Below are positions 23,082 through 34,479 of a stretch of 64,000 nucleotides of DNA, one piece after another. The stretch's first letter is position 1. The number at the start of each line of letters is the position of its first letter. The notes under the pieces are model-generated. The model had not been told where the DNA came from and did not search any database. It saw only the letters and a list, made by a program, of their open reading frames with translations. The position numbers were made by a program, and so were the translations under genes. The DNA lies in NCBI GenBank assembly GCA_002269645.1, contig NIVC01000628.1:386814-450813 (forward strand). Reading direction: 5' to 3'. This DNA is from Macrostomum lignano (lineage: Eukaryota).

Positions 23082-25031
23082 CTATCCCCCAATCGGTACC
23101 TGTGGCCGCAAGAAGGAGGACATTGTGTAGCCGCAGCTCGTACGGGGCGGCAGCTCAGGAAAAGCCAGCGTCACCGAGCCGGCCGTGCAACGGACAGCGG
23201 CCGCAGCGGCGTCGGCGGCGGCAACTGCTGCAGCGGCCGTGGCAGCTGAGTCAGCGGCGGCGGCAGCGTCAGCGGCAGCAGATTCAGACGAAGGCTTAGC
23301 CAGACGATCGGAGCGTTTCAATTCGGCGGCCTCCAGATATGGCGGACTGATAGGCGGCTGGGCTGGCTCCGAGTGCTGGTGCGCATCGGACAAAGGATAG
23401 TTCCTATCAGCGTCGTAGGCGCTGAGATCGCCGCAGGCTACAAACGGCACAACAACCCGGTTGGAGCCGCGCAGCTGGCTCAAGTCAAAATCGTAATAGC
23501 CGGTTAGCAGGGGATTAGACAGATTTGGCTCGTAGCCAATGGGAGGCCGGTAGCACTGGCACACGGCGAAGGCTTCCAGGCTGGAATTTCGTGACGATCG
23601 CGGCTTGGCGATGGACACGGACTGGAAGAAGATTTTCAACTGGGCATGCAGCAGAGACACGTCGCGCCCGCGGAAGATTTTAGCAACAAAAGTTGCTCCG
23701 GGCCCCAGCACGAAGGTGGCGATGTTGAGGGCGGCAATGAGCAGCTGGCTCTGCACGTATTCGTCAATGTCGTGCAGCCCGGTGACATCCGGCGCGCCGT
23801 CGCAGACGACCAGATCGGCCGGCTTGCCGCCAAGCAGGTCGATGATGCCGCGGGCGGTGGCCGTCTTGGTGATGTCGCCCTGAAGCTGAGCCACTCCTGC
23901 TATCGGCGCCATCGCCTGCAAGTCGACGGCGACTATGTGCGCCGGAGCGTCGGGACCTTCAGCGCCGGTCGGGTTCAGCCGGCTGACCAGCACCTGCGGT
24001 GGGAGTGATACGGATGCACCTTTGATGATCTTCGGCTTCACTCACAGCCTCTATTCTACATCACCCTGAGAGTCTACAGTCACAGCCTCTATTCTACATC
24101 ACCCTGAGAGTCTACAGTCTCAGCCTCTATTCTACATCATCCTAAGAATCCATCCTTAGCCTGTACTTTCTACTACATCATTCTGAGAATCTACGAGTAG
24201 TCTCAGCCTCTATTCTACATCATCCTTAGAGTCGACAGTCTCAGCCTCTATTCTACATCATCCTTAGAGTCGACAGTCGCAGCCTCTATTCTACATCATC
24301 CAGAGAGTCTACAGTCTCAGCCTCTATTCTACATCATCCTAAGAATCCATCCTTAGCCTCTACTTTCTACTACATCATTCTGAGAATCTACGAGTAGTCT
24401 CAGCCTCTATTCTACATCATCCTGAGTCGACAGTCTCAGCCTCTATTCTACATCATCCTTAGAGTCGACAGTCTCAGCCTCTATTCTACATCATCCTTAG
24501 AGTCGACAGTCGCAGCCTCTATTCTACATAATCCTGAGTCTACAGTCTCAGCTTTTATTCTACATAATCCTGAGTCTACAGTCTCAGCCTCTATTCTACA
24601 TCATCCTGAGTCTACAGTCTCAGCCTCTATTCTACATCATCCTTATAGTCTACAGTCTCAGCTTCTATTCTTCATCATCCTTATAGTCTACAGTCTCAGC
24701 TTCTATTCTTCATCATCCTGAGAGTCTACAGTCTCAGTTTCTATTTGGCATCATTCTGCATCTAGTCTTGCTCTCAGCATCTGTTCTAAATCATCCAAAC
24801 GACCCGCCCCCCTCTGGCAAACAACCATCAAGGGGTATTTTCAGCGGCACACACCTGACTCCAGCTTCCAGGCGCAGCGCACAGGTCCACAACCCGTTTA
24901 ACCTTAGCCGGATCCAGCAGGCCAAACTCCTGATCCAACTGCAGCAGTTTGAAAGCGCTTCTAGCGCGCCAGCCCTCCTCTTTGGCCAGGCGATAATAGA
25001 TGTCGCGCCTGTCTTTGCTAGACTTGCCCAT
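23082..25031 (-). CDS. FTSJ1: tRNA (cytidine32/guanosine34-2'-O)-methyltransferase FTSJ1/TRM7; exons 24855-25031 and 23082(or 23100)-23993
   Basis: [33 protein letters not shown]...[13 protein letters not shown]|VL...[21 protein letters not shown]...[26 protein letters not shown]...FVAKIFRG...[13 protein letters not shown]...QPPISPPY. The K-D-K-E catalytic motifs are present. Confidence 0.97.
24045..24745. repeat. ~37-39 bp minisatellite (CAGTCTCAGCCTCTATTCTACATCATCCTGAGAGTCTA) filling FTSJ1 intron 1
   Basis: The tandem units occupy most of intron 23994-24854. Confidence 0.95.
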
Positions 25032-25834
25032 AGTTCTGCCTGAACGGTTCAGGTCAAATAAGGTCACGTACTAAGCACAGATGTAAGACTTTATAATATC
25101 GCTGATTTTGCGAATATTAGCGCATAAAATGGAGTTACAGAACACGATGTACTTCTGATTAAAGTGACCCGATTATGCAATTAATGCATGCACATTGGAT
25201 AATGGTAATGTTATTAATCCATATCTATTAAGCCAACATAAACTAAGTTATAGTTAATCTAGTACGCCTAGTTACCAATTATAAATTACCATAAACGAAC
25301 TCAACCCCAGCTACAAGGGTATTACGCGATGTCATAATCCAACTATAATACAAAAAATCCAATGAAATAAGCCAGACCAACTGTCAATCCTCAAGTCGAG
25401 TCCAATATTAGCTTGGCAGCGAATTGCCGCGCGTAAGTTGAATTTTGTTTATATTTTTTCATATAAACCCGTAGAAACCCGTAGTTGAATTAGCCGATTT
25501 AGCCTACTTATAGTAGACAGTGACGTTAATTTTATTACATAAAAACAATACAAACAATGAATAACACACTGCGTTCGCTGCTGCTAAACGGGGGGAGATG
25601 ATTCACAGAATTATAAGTCAAAAGGGGTGGGTCAGAGAAAAGCGATTAATGAATGAATTCTCACCGAGGCACAACAGTTCGATCTTGCCACCCGAACTGG
25701 GGAGCGGTTCCGAGTAGGAGCCTAAATCCAAGGAACCAATTATCCCAATAAATAATAATTTTCATCACATCTTGAGCCACTGACTCACATTAACTCGACC
25801 GTTCGACTAGCAACCGAACTCTCGAACTTTAATC

Positions 25835-26345
25835 GGTTCGAATTTGTTCTCAGGTCTGCATTCGAACCTCTAAATTTCGACTCTTTCGATCCTGTTCTCA
25901 GGCTGCTCGACTCGAACTCAACCCCCGACTCGCTCAAACCTGTTCTCAGGCTGCTCGACTCGAACTCAACCCCCGACTCGCTCAAACCTGTTCTCAGGCT
26001 GCTCGACTCGAACTCAACCCCCGACTCGCTCGAACCTGTTCTCAGGCTGCTCGACTCGAACCCAGCCCTGACTCGCTCGAACCTGCTCTCAGGCTGCTCG
26101 ACTCGAGTTCAGATCCCAATCGTTCGAACCTGTTCTCAGGCTGTTGGACTCGAACTCAACCCCCGACTCGCTCAAACCTGCTCTCAGGCTGCTCGACTCG
26201 AGTTCAGATCCCAATCGTTCGAACCTGTTCTCAGGCTGCTCGACTCGAACCCAGCCCCGACTCGCTCGAACCTGCTCTCAGGCTGCTCGACTCGAGTTCA
26301 GATCCCAATCGTTCGAACCTGTTCTCAGGCTGTTCGACTCGAACT
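25835..26345. repeat. 48-bp tandem repeat (CTCGAACTCAACCCCCGACTCGCTCAAACCTGTTCTCAGGCTGCTCGA) with flanking TCGAA-rich sequence, probably transposon-derived
   Basis: About 10 units; TTCGATTCGATTCGAACTC-type motifs extend to ~26460. Confidence 0.85.
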
Positions 26346-26931
26346 CAACCCCGGCTCGGAGCAAAACCTATTCTCGGTTGTTCCGACTCTCAATCGAACT
26401 CGAACACAAATTTCGACTCGTTCGAATTGGCTTTTCGATTCGATTCGAACTCGGAACTCTAAACCGCTCTCTCCGGGCGCAGACTCGCCCCAGGAGATGG
26501 AGCACACTCTGCAATTCGCAAATCAGTTAACAAATTATCTCCTAAACTTTTCATTGCGAACAACACTGGCTGTTACGGATTAGAAAAAGTAACGCAAACA
26601 AAAGAAAATGAATATGTTGCTATTGAAAATATTAGGAAAATAATAGTCCAACCAGACTACTGACCCACAGCAGTGCTAAAAACGGTATTAATAATAGCAA
26701 TAGTAGAATGGATAGAAGGAAAACTCACAACAGTAAGCAGTATTTTTTCAAAGGGATAGCTAAACACCACAGTACTATAGTAACTAATCATAGCAATTAC
26801 AACAGCAAAAGCCACATGCAGCAGAGCCTCATGCTAGTTGAAGGATGGACAGACGGGGTTTTTAAAAAATGGGTAAGACAACACTAATGTAAACACCCAC
26901 TTGCTTTAATTAATTAATTACTCGCGACTAT

Positions 26932-27426
26932 TTAGCGGTGACCATCGCGACGCCTCGGGCTGCGGCTGCGGCTCCGGCTGCGACTGTAGCTCCGGCCCCG
27001 GCTGTCGCTGCGGCTCCGGCTGAAGCTGCGGCTGCGACGACGTCCGCCTCCGCCGCCGCCACCGCCGCCACGGCCGCCGCCGCCGCCGCCACCGCCACCA
27101 CCGCGCTCAGGGCACTCGTAGGCATAGTGGCCGACCCGGTCGCACTGGTAGCAGCGATCGTTGCGCGGCCCGGCGCCAGCTGCCCGGCGCTCGTTGCGCG
27201 CCAATTCCATCCGGACTCGGCGCCCATTGACGCGCGGCGCGTCGCGCACAGCGTCTTCGGCGTCGCGTCGATCAGCAAAGGTGGCGAAAGCGTAGGTGCC
27301 TTTGCCGTGCACCCAGACCGACTCCAGGCTGCCGTAGCGGCGCAGCGAGCGCTTGATGTCGCTTTCAGCAGTCCCGTCAGGCAAGTCGCCGACGTAAACA
27401 CGGCGTCCCATTTCACTTTTGGACAT
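26932..27426 (-). CDS. SRSF7: SR splicing factor, SRSF7/9G8-like (RRM, CCHC zinc knuckle, RS domain), 164 aa, intronless CDS
   Basis: RVYVGDL...SVWV...YAFATF.DRRDAEDAVR (RRM); CYQCDRVGHYAYEC (CX2CX4HX4C); poly-Gly; RSRSRSP tail. Acceptor CTAACAG lies 5 nt before the ATG. Confidence 0.9.
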   Translation of the reverse strand: MSKSEMGRRVYVGDLPDGTAESDIKRSLRRYGSLESVWVHGKGTYAFATFADRRDAEDAVRDAPRVNGRRVRMELARNERRAAGAGPRNDRCYQCDRVGHYAYECPERGGGGGGGGGGRGGGGGGGGGRRRSRSFSRSRSDSRGRSYSRSRSRSRSPRRRDGHR

Positions 27427-27489
27427 GGTGGCTGTTAGAGCATCAGTTTAGGACGGATTTTGGTTGATTATAATATTCATAAGGAATAG

Positions 27490-29425
27490 AAAGCTCATTC
27501 ATGATGAGCCTCACTATCTACTGATGAGCGACAGTTCACCCATAGTGAGCCTCACTATCTACCAGACAGTTCACCAATAGTGAGCCTCACTATCTACCAG
27601 ACAGTTCATCCATGATGAGCCTCACTATCTACCAGACAGTTCACCAATAGTGAGCCTCACTATCTACCAGACAGTTCATCCACAATGAGCCTCACTATCT
27701 ACCAGAGAGTTCACCCATAGTGAGCCTCACTATCTACCAGAGAGTTCATCCATAATGAGCCTCACTATCTACCAGACAGTTCATCCATGATGAGCCTCAC
27801 TATCTACCAGACAGTTCACCTATAATTAGCCTCACTATCTACCAGACAGTTCATCCACAATGAGCCTCACTATCTACCAGAGAGTTCACCCATAGTGAGC
27901 CTCACTATCTACCAGAGAGTTCACCCATAGTGAGCCTCACTATCTACCAGACAGTTCATCCATGATGAGCCTCACTATCTACCAGAGAGTTCACCTATAA
28001 TTAGCCTCACTATCCACCAGACAGTTCATCCACAATGAGCCTCACTATCTACCAGACGGTTCATCTATAATTAGCCTCACTATCTACCAGACAGTTCATC
28101 CATAATGAGCCTCACTATCTACCAGACAGTTCACCTATAATTAGCCTCACTATCTACCAGACAGTTCATCCATAATGAGCCTCACTATCTAACAGACAGT
28201 TCACCTATAATTAGCCTCACTATCTACCAGACAGTTCATCCATGATGAGCCTCACTATCTACCAGACAGTTCACCTATAATTAGCCTCACTATCTACCAG
28301 ACAGTTCATCCACAATGAGCCTCACTATCTACCAGACAGTTCATCCACAATGAGCCTCACTATCTACCAGAGAGTTCACCTATAATTAGCCTCACTATCT
28401 ACCAGACAGTTCATCCATGATGAGCCTCACTATCTACCAGACAGTTCACCTATAATTAGCCTCACTATCTACCAGACAGTTTATCCATGATGAGCCTCAC
28501 TATCTACCAGACAGTTCACCTATAATTAGCCTCACTATCTACCAGACAGTTTATCCATGATGAGCCTCACTATCTACCAGACAGTTCATCCATGATGAGC
28601 CTCACTATCTACCAGACAGTTCACCTATAATTAGCCTCACTATCTACCAGACAGTTCATCCATGATGAGCCTCACTATCTACCAGACAGTTCACCTATAA
28701 TGAGCCTCACTATCTACCAGACAGTTCACCTATAATTAGCCTCACTATCCACCAGACAGTTCATCCATGATGAGCCTCACTATCTACCAGACAGTTCACC
28801 TATAATTAGCCTCACTATCTACCAGACAGTTTATCCATGATGAGCCTCACTATCTACCAGACAGTTCATCCATAATGAGCCTCACTATCTACCAGACAGT
28901 TCATCCATGATGAGCCTCACTATCTACCAGACAGTTCATCCATAATGAGCCTCACTATCTAACAGACAGTTCACCTATAATTAGCCTCACTATCTACCAG
29001 ACAGTTCATCCATAATGAGCCTCACTATCTACCAGACAGTTCATCCATGATGAGCCTCACTATCTACCAGACAGTTCATCCATGATGAGCCTCACTATCT
29101 ACCAGACAGTTCATCCATGATGAGCCTCACTATCTACCAGACAGTTCACCTATAATTAGCCTCACTATCTACCAGACAGTTCATCCATAATGAGCCTCAC
29201 TATCTACCAGACAGTTCATCCATGATGAGCCTCACTATCTACCAGACAGTTCATCCATGATGAGCCTCACTATCTACCAGACAGTTCATCCATGATGAGC
29301 CTCACTATCTACCAGACAGTTCACCTATAATTAGCCTCACTATCTACCAGACAGTTCATCCATGATGAGCCTCACTATCTACCAGACAGTTCACCTATAA
29401 TTAGCCTCACTATCTACCAGACAGC
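27490..29425. repeat. 35-bp minisatellite (TGAGCCTCACTATCTACCAGACAGTTCATCCATGA), ~55 units
   Basis: Long, highly homogeneous array immediately upstream of the SR gene acceptor. Confidence 0.98.
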
Positions 29426-30326
29426 TACAAGGCATTTCAAATATTAAAGCCAAACACAATCCTAGACACTAAACAGAAATAGATGAAGCAAAGAGACAGG
29501 GCAATACTTTATCAACAAAATGTTTTTATTTTGAGTTTTCTAACAAACGCATACTAAATTTATAGGTGAAAAATATGAATGCTTTCAATTCCAGAATCGA
29601 CTCGCTTTCACATTGTTAATCAAATTAATCAGACCAATGACGACAATAGCAATAAGGATAAACAGATGATAAAGTACAATAAACGGTTGTAATTAAGAAT
29701 ACTATTACCTAAGACTACTACTCATAAAATTATGTTTATTTATCGTTAACTGCTGTAGGAATGAACTACTTTTCCACCTATACATTATGGATCAGCATTT
29801 GATGCTATAATTTCGTATTGAGAACGATAGACGAATATGATATATAAAAATACAACTTGATAGCAAGACCTGTACCATCTACATCTCGATTTGAAACCCT
29901 GCAGTTTTTCATATTCAATCAATCTGTAGCGGAATTATAAATGCGAGATACTCAATTTAATTATATACTTGGCGAGTGAAATTTTCACAGAAAAACAGGC
30001 GGCAATTTTTGTCCCAAAAATTAAAAGTATGAAAAGTTGTAATTTTTGACATTATTGCGTTGTTAGGGCAACTATTCGAGTAAAAAAACATATTACTTAG
30101 CAAGATACCAAGAGAACCAAGACTTCTATGAAGGGGAGGAGAAGTCTACAAAGTCTACAAAGAAGTCTACGAAGTCTACAAAGAGACGGAGAATTCTATG
30201 AGGCGGAGAATTCCATGAAGTGTGGTGTAATTTTACGAAGGGACAGACTTTTAGAAAAGGGCGGAGAGTTCCATAAAGTGGGGAAAACGGGTTCAATCCA
30301 TAGATATCATAGCAACTAAATATTAA

Positions 30327-33300
30327 TCAATAAAAATGGCCCCGAGCGACATTATAGAAGCTATTAGAAGATAATGACGACTGATTGACTGACTGTTGAC
30401 CAGTGCCAATAGCAGAATGACCAGCCCCTAGAAACATGGGCGGAGGCCGCTGTTGCTGCTGCTGCTGTTGTTGCAGAAGCTCCTGCGTATTGACGTGCCT
30501 ATAGTAAGCGTCTGGCTGATGCTGGCCGGAATAATTAGTATTGGAAGCCGCCGATCCGCTAGGCCAGGGCTGTGTTGGACCCGACGGACTGCGACGGTGC
30601 TCGTAGCGATGACGGCTGCTGCGACTGCGGCTGCGACTTCGCCGACGGCTGCTCCGGCGACGGTCTCGCGATGAAGACGAGGGATCCCAACTTGATAAAA
30701 AAGAATAACAAAATGCGCGAGTTTAGCTAACTTACTATTAGTAGTATAACTATATAAAATCATAAAACAATAATTGTGCCTCTTAGTACGAATCGCTGTT
30801 CAGAGAAAATAGCACTCGCCTGGATGCGACCAGATATTAAGAGGCTTACGCGTTTTTTATTAAACTTTTACTGTTGGAAGCTGTCAATCAAGAATGTTTA
30901 ATTCCATCCCATCATGACCGCCAGCTGCAATGTTTTTTGTCCTGTTTGGCTTGGCCAATGACCGTCAACAGGGTTTGCGGCCGACGGAAGTTGATATCGA
31001 TTGGCGCTCTTTGTCACCAATCGATACCAACTGATGGGGTTCAGCTTCCGAATAGAACTGTTGTATACTGCTGTATTACTATTTTTTCAGGGATTCTGAT
31101 AGGCGATCGGTTGAGAATAATCTTAATGGACAGTTTGGGGACTTCTAAGGACAGTATGGGAATTAGGGATGATTCTAAAGGACAGTCTGGGGATAATTCT
31201 ACTGGACAGTCTGGGGATTGAGGATAGTTCTAATGGACAGTCTGGGAATTGGGGATAGTTCTAATGGACAGTCTGGGAATTGGGGATAGTTCTAATGGAC
31301 AGTATGACGATTGGGGATAGTTCTAATGGACAGTCTGAGAATTGGGGATAGTTCTAATGGACAGTCTGGGAATTAGGGATAATTGTCGCTCACCTGCTGC
31401 GAGCCGTAGAGTGGCTGGCCCGCCGCCCGGACCGCGAACGGGACCGAGACCTGGGGTTTCTATCTTTACGCGACCGCTGATCTTGTTCCCATTTTTTGCG
31501 CTCCCATTCGTCGCGCAACTCGCGTTCCATTTGCTCGCGCATTCGCCGAAAATCCTCCTGTTCTCGCATCACTCTGCGCTCCTCGGATAGCGCCCGCTCT
31601 CGCTCCCATTGGAGCTGTCTACGCTCGGCTTCCAGTTGCTCATGCTCACGCTGAATCTCCCGCTGCATTAGCAATAATTCTTGTTGCTGACTAATGCTTG
31701 GCGACTGATGATGGTGATGCTGCTGCCTGTGCCAGGCTCCGATAGGCGCGGTCTGGGCGGAGTCGGCAACGCCCAGCGACATCAACGGCGAAGGCTGCTG
31801 GGTCGCGCCGCCTCGAGCGCATCTGGCCGACTCGAGAAGATGTCGCAGATCGTCGGAACGAACGGAAGCAGCCGGATGCAGCAGCGTAGGACGCTGAATT
31901 GGATGATCCAACTCGGCTGGCGGATCCGGGAGCGGCGAGTCCGGATATGGCGCCTGGCTTTGCTTTTGTTCTTGTCGCAGAAGTCGGCTTTTTCTGTGAC
32001 GCCTAGCCGCTGCGCCAGACGTGCGGGACAGGGCTGCGGAATGACTACTGTTTCTTTTAGTGGACCTGCTGCCGCTACTAGAAGCTGCTTCCTCGGGAAT
32101 TGGCTGTTTCGAATAGGACATTAGCAGTGTAGGACGAGCCTTTTCCGGTTTAGAAGCAGAAGCAGACTTGGCGGAAGAAGACGAGCTAGGCTTCTTATTT
32201 GTGTAGGCTGCATTACTTTTGTCCGACGATGCTTTCGATTGCTGCGACTTGTTCGGCGATTTCGGGAGCCCAGATTTTCCTGGGGCTGGCGGCTTGTTAG
32301 CAGCTGGACTTTGCTGGAATGGCAAATAATAAATCTAAGTAAACACGCGTTTCATACTACTTAGATAGGGAAGCAAAGGAATTAAGGAAAAGCAAGTAGT
32401 CATACGCACTAAAGCCAATACACAGGATGTAAAAGCAGTCATGACTTTCTAATCGGCAGGGCATGTAAACTCTGTCTTGGGGATTGGGCCTCATGGGTGC
32501 AAATCGCACAAAGCCCCAGGCCAATTTTTATGCACAGGACCCAAATTAATGTGGCTGCGGGTGGAATCAAACGTGGATAACTTAGCGGGAGGGTCAGACG
32601 CGATAACCTGACACACATACATCTGACACACGCACACCTGACACATACATGACACACGCACAACTGACATATACATGACACACGCACACCTGACATATAC
32701 ATCTGACACACGCACACCTGACATATACATCTGACACACGTACACCTGACATATACATCTGACACACGCACACCTGACCCATGCACATCTGACATAAGCA
32801 CACCTGACCCACGCACACCTGACACGCACACCTGACATACATCTGGCCCCCGCACACCTGACACATACATCTGACCCACGCACACCTCACCCACGCACAC
32901 CTGACATACATCTGACCCCCGCACACCTGACATGCACACCTGACACATGCGGCCATGCACACCTGACACACGCACATAATTCATCTCACCTTTTTGCTCT
33001 CAGGTAATGGGTCCGGCCGTTTATCAGAGGAAGAATCTGGTAATGATTCAGAAACAGTTGATGCTGTCCCTGTTGCCACTTTGTCATTTTTACAGGCCTC
33101 CTTGTCAGCATTCTTCTGTCTTGGCGCCACGGGCGGTGATCTGGCTACACTGATTTGCTGGCCATGAAACTCCAACTGGTTGAGCTGCTGTTGGCACCTG
33201 CAGTTTAACAGATTTGGTTCAAGTTTAAAGTTTAAAAGAAAACTTTGAGTCTCATTTTTGCTCACCTATCAACTTCCTCTGCTGAGGCCAGCTGCACTAA

Positions 33301-33874
33301 ACCGCAGCGCTCTTGCCTGCTAGAGTTATCATCAGAGATCTGGGCCGACACCGCCCTGGCAACAATTTTTGTGGACACAACGCGGCCATACTGGCTAAAG
33401 AGTTCCTTGAGATGAGCAGCTTTGACCTCGTCGGCGAGATTGCTGACCCACAGTAGGTAGCGGGAGTCTGCAAAAGTTAAAAAAATATTGGCTTCAACAT
33501 TCCATGCACAAATACCAATTCATAAGTAGGCTAATTATTCCTATTGCCTAACTCACCATTAATATCGCTTTTCTTTAACCTTTTCTGGAATGCATTCCAA
33601 ATTTGATGCATTTATATTAAATGAAAACTTGAACGAAGTTATGAATACACAGATGATTACCTCTGGCTGGGAAATCACATCATTAGGAATACTGCACTGG
33701 CTTTCTGAACAATCTTGCTGGTCTGTACAATCTATAAAAATGATATAAATAAACTATTGGCATACTATTCCAATAGAAAATTTAATATACAATTATACAT
33801 TTCAGTAAATTAGGCACAAAACCATATTTACCAGGTATGCAAGACCCCTGAGACTGTCCTGTGCCTGTCAAATG
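30327..33874 (-). CDS. SAFB: SAFB/SLTM-like RRM protein with Glu/Arg-rich and RS regions, 5'-partial (at least 611 aa); exons 33832-33874, 33661-33731, 33557-33584, 33266-33467, 32990-33197, 31394-32313, 30327-30690
   Basis: The spliced RRM LWVSNLADEVKAAHLKELFSQYGRVVSTKIV...CGLVQLASAEEVDRCQQQLNQLEFHGQQISVAR resembles the SAFB RRM (NLWVSGL..TRATDLKNLFSKYGKV...CI.HLH.TELHG..ISVE). A coiled-coil ER-rich region and RS repeats follow. All phases are consistent (1836 nt). No start codon was found. Confidence 0.82.
31125..31382. repeat. 30-bp minisatellite (GGGGATAGTTCTAATGGACAGTCTGGGAATT-like) in the last SAFB-like intron
   Basis: About 8 units, ending about 10 nt from the splice donor. Confidence 0.9.
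32605..32975. repeat. CA-rich low-complexity repeat (CACACCTGAC/ACATACATCTGAC) in a SAFB-like intron
   Basis: Directly visible; it explains the Cys/Val-rich spurious ORFs. Confidence 0.9.
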
Positions 33875-34479
33875 CTGCAAATGAAAAGGCATAGTAAAAG
33901 GGATTACTTAAATTCAAATGGAAGCTTTAAAAACATTGCAATTGTAAATCAATTGTGGTTAAAAGTAGATTAAATTTTTGTTATAATTAATTTGCTATAA
34001 TTTATGTTTCTTCCTTGTTAGAAATTAGGTGCCTGTCTATAAAATAGTTGGTATTTCCTTTGAGTTTTATGCATTTTTGCTAGATTCCAACTTAGTGATA
34101 AAATTTTAAGACAACTTGGTATTAGAAGTGAATTTTTACACATAGAACATTAACATAACTACTTATAATATTCTCTTATTGTCTAGATAGGAGGGAAATA
34201 TGAACATTATGATAAGATTCTTATTGATACATGTGAACACTTTTTTTAATTTCTTAGTCATTTTTAATATAAAGATAAAGAACCAGTCTTAGTTCATAAA
34301 AATATTTTTCTGTAAAAAATTGTTCATTTATATTTGTTTTATATTTTATATTAATGTTAGTTTTGTATGATTAATATGAAAAGCTATTATTTCAACCTTG
34401 TAAACAAAATATTTATTTAATGAGACTAATTTTGATATATTTTTAATTCATAGTTTTAATTGTTAGTACAATGGATATC

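Noticed and set aside
27490-29425. 35-bp repeat with a variable segment resembling repeat-spacer structure
   Set aside because: The variable part is a few point variants of the same ~11 nt, not unique spacers.
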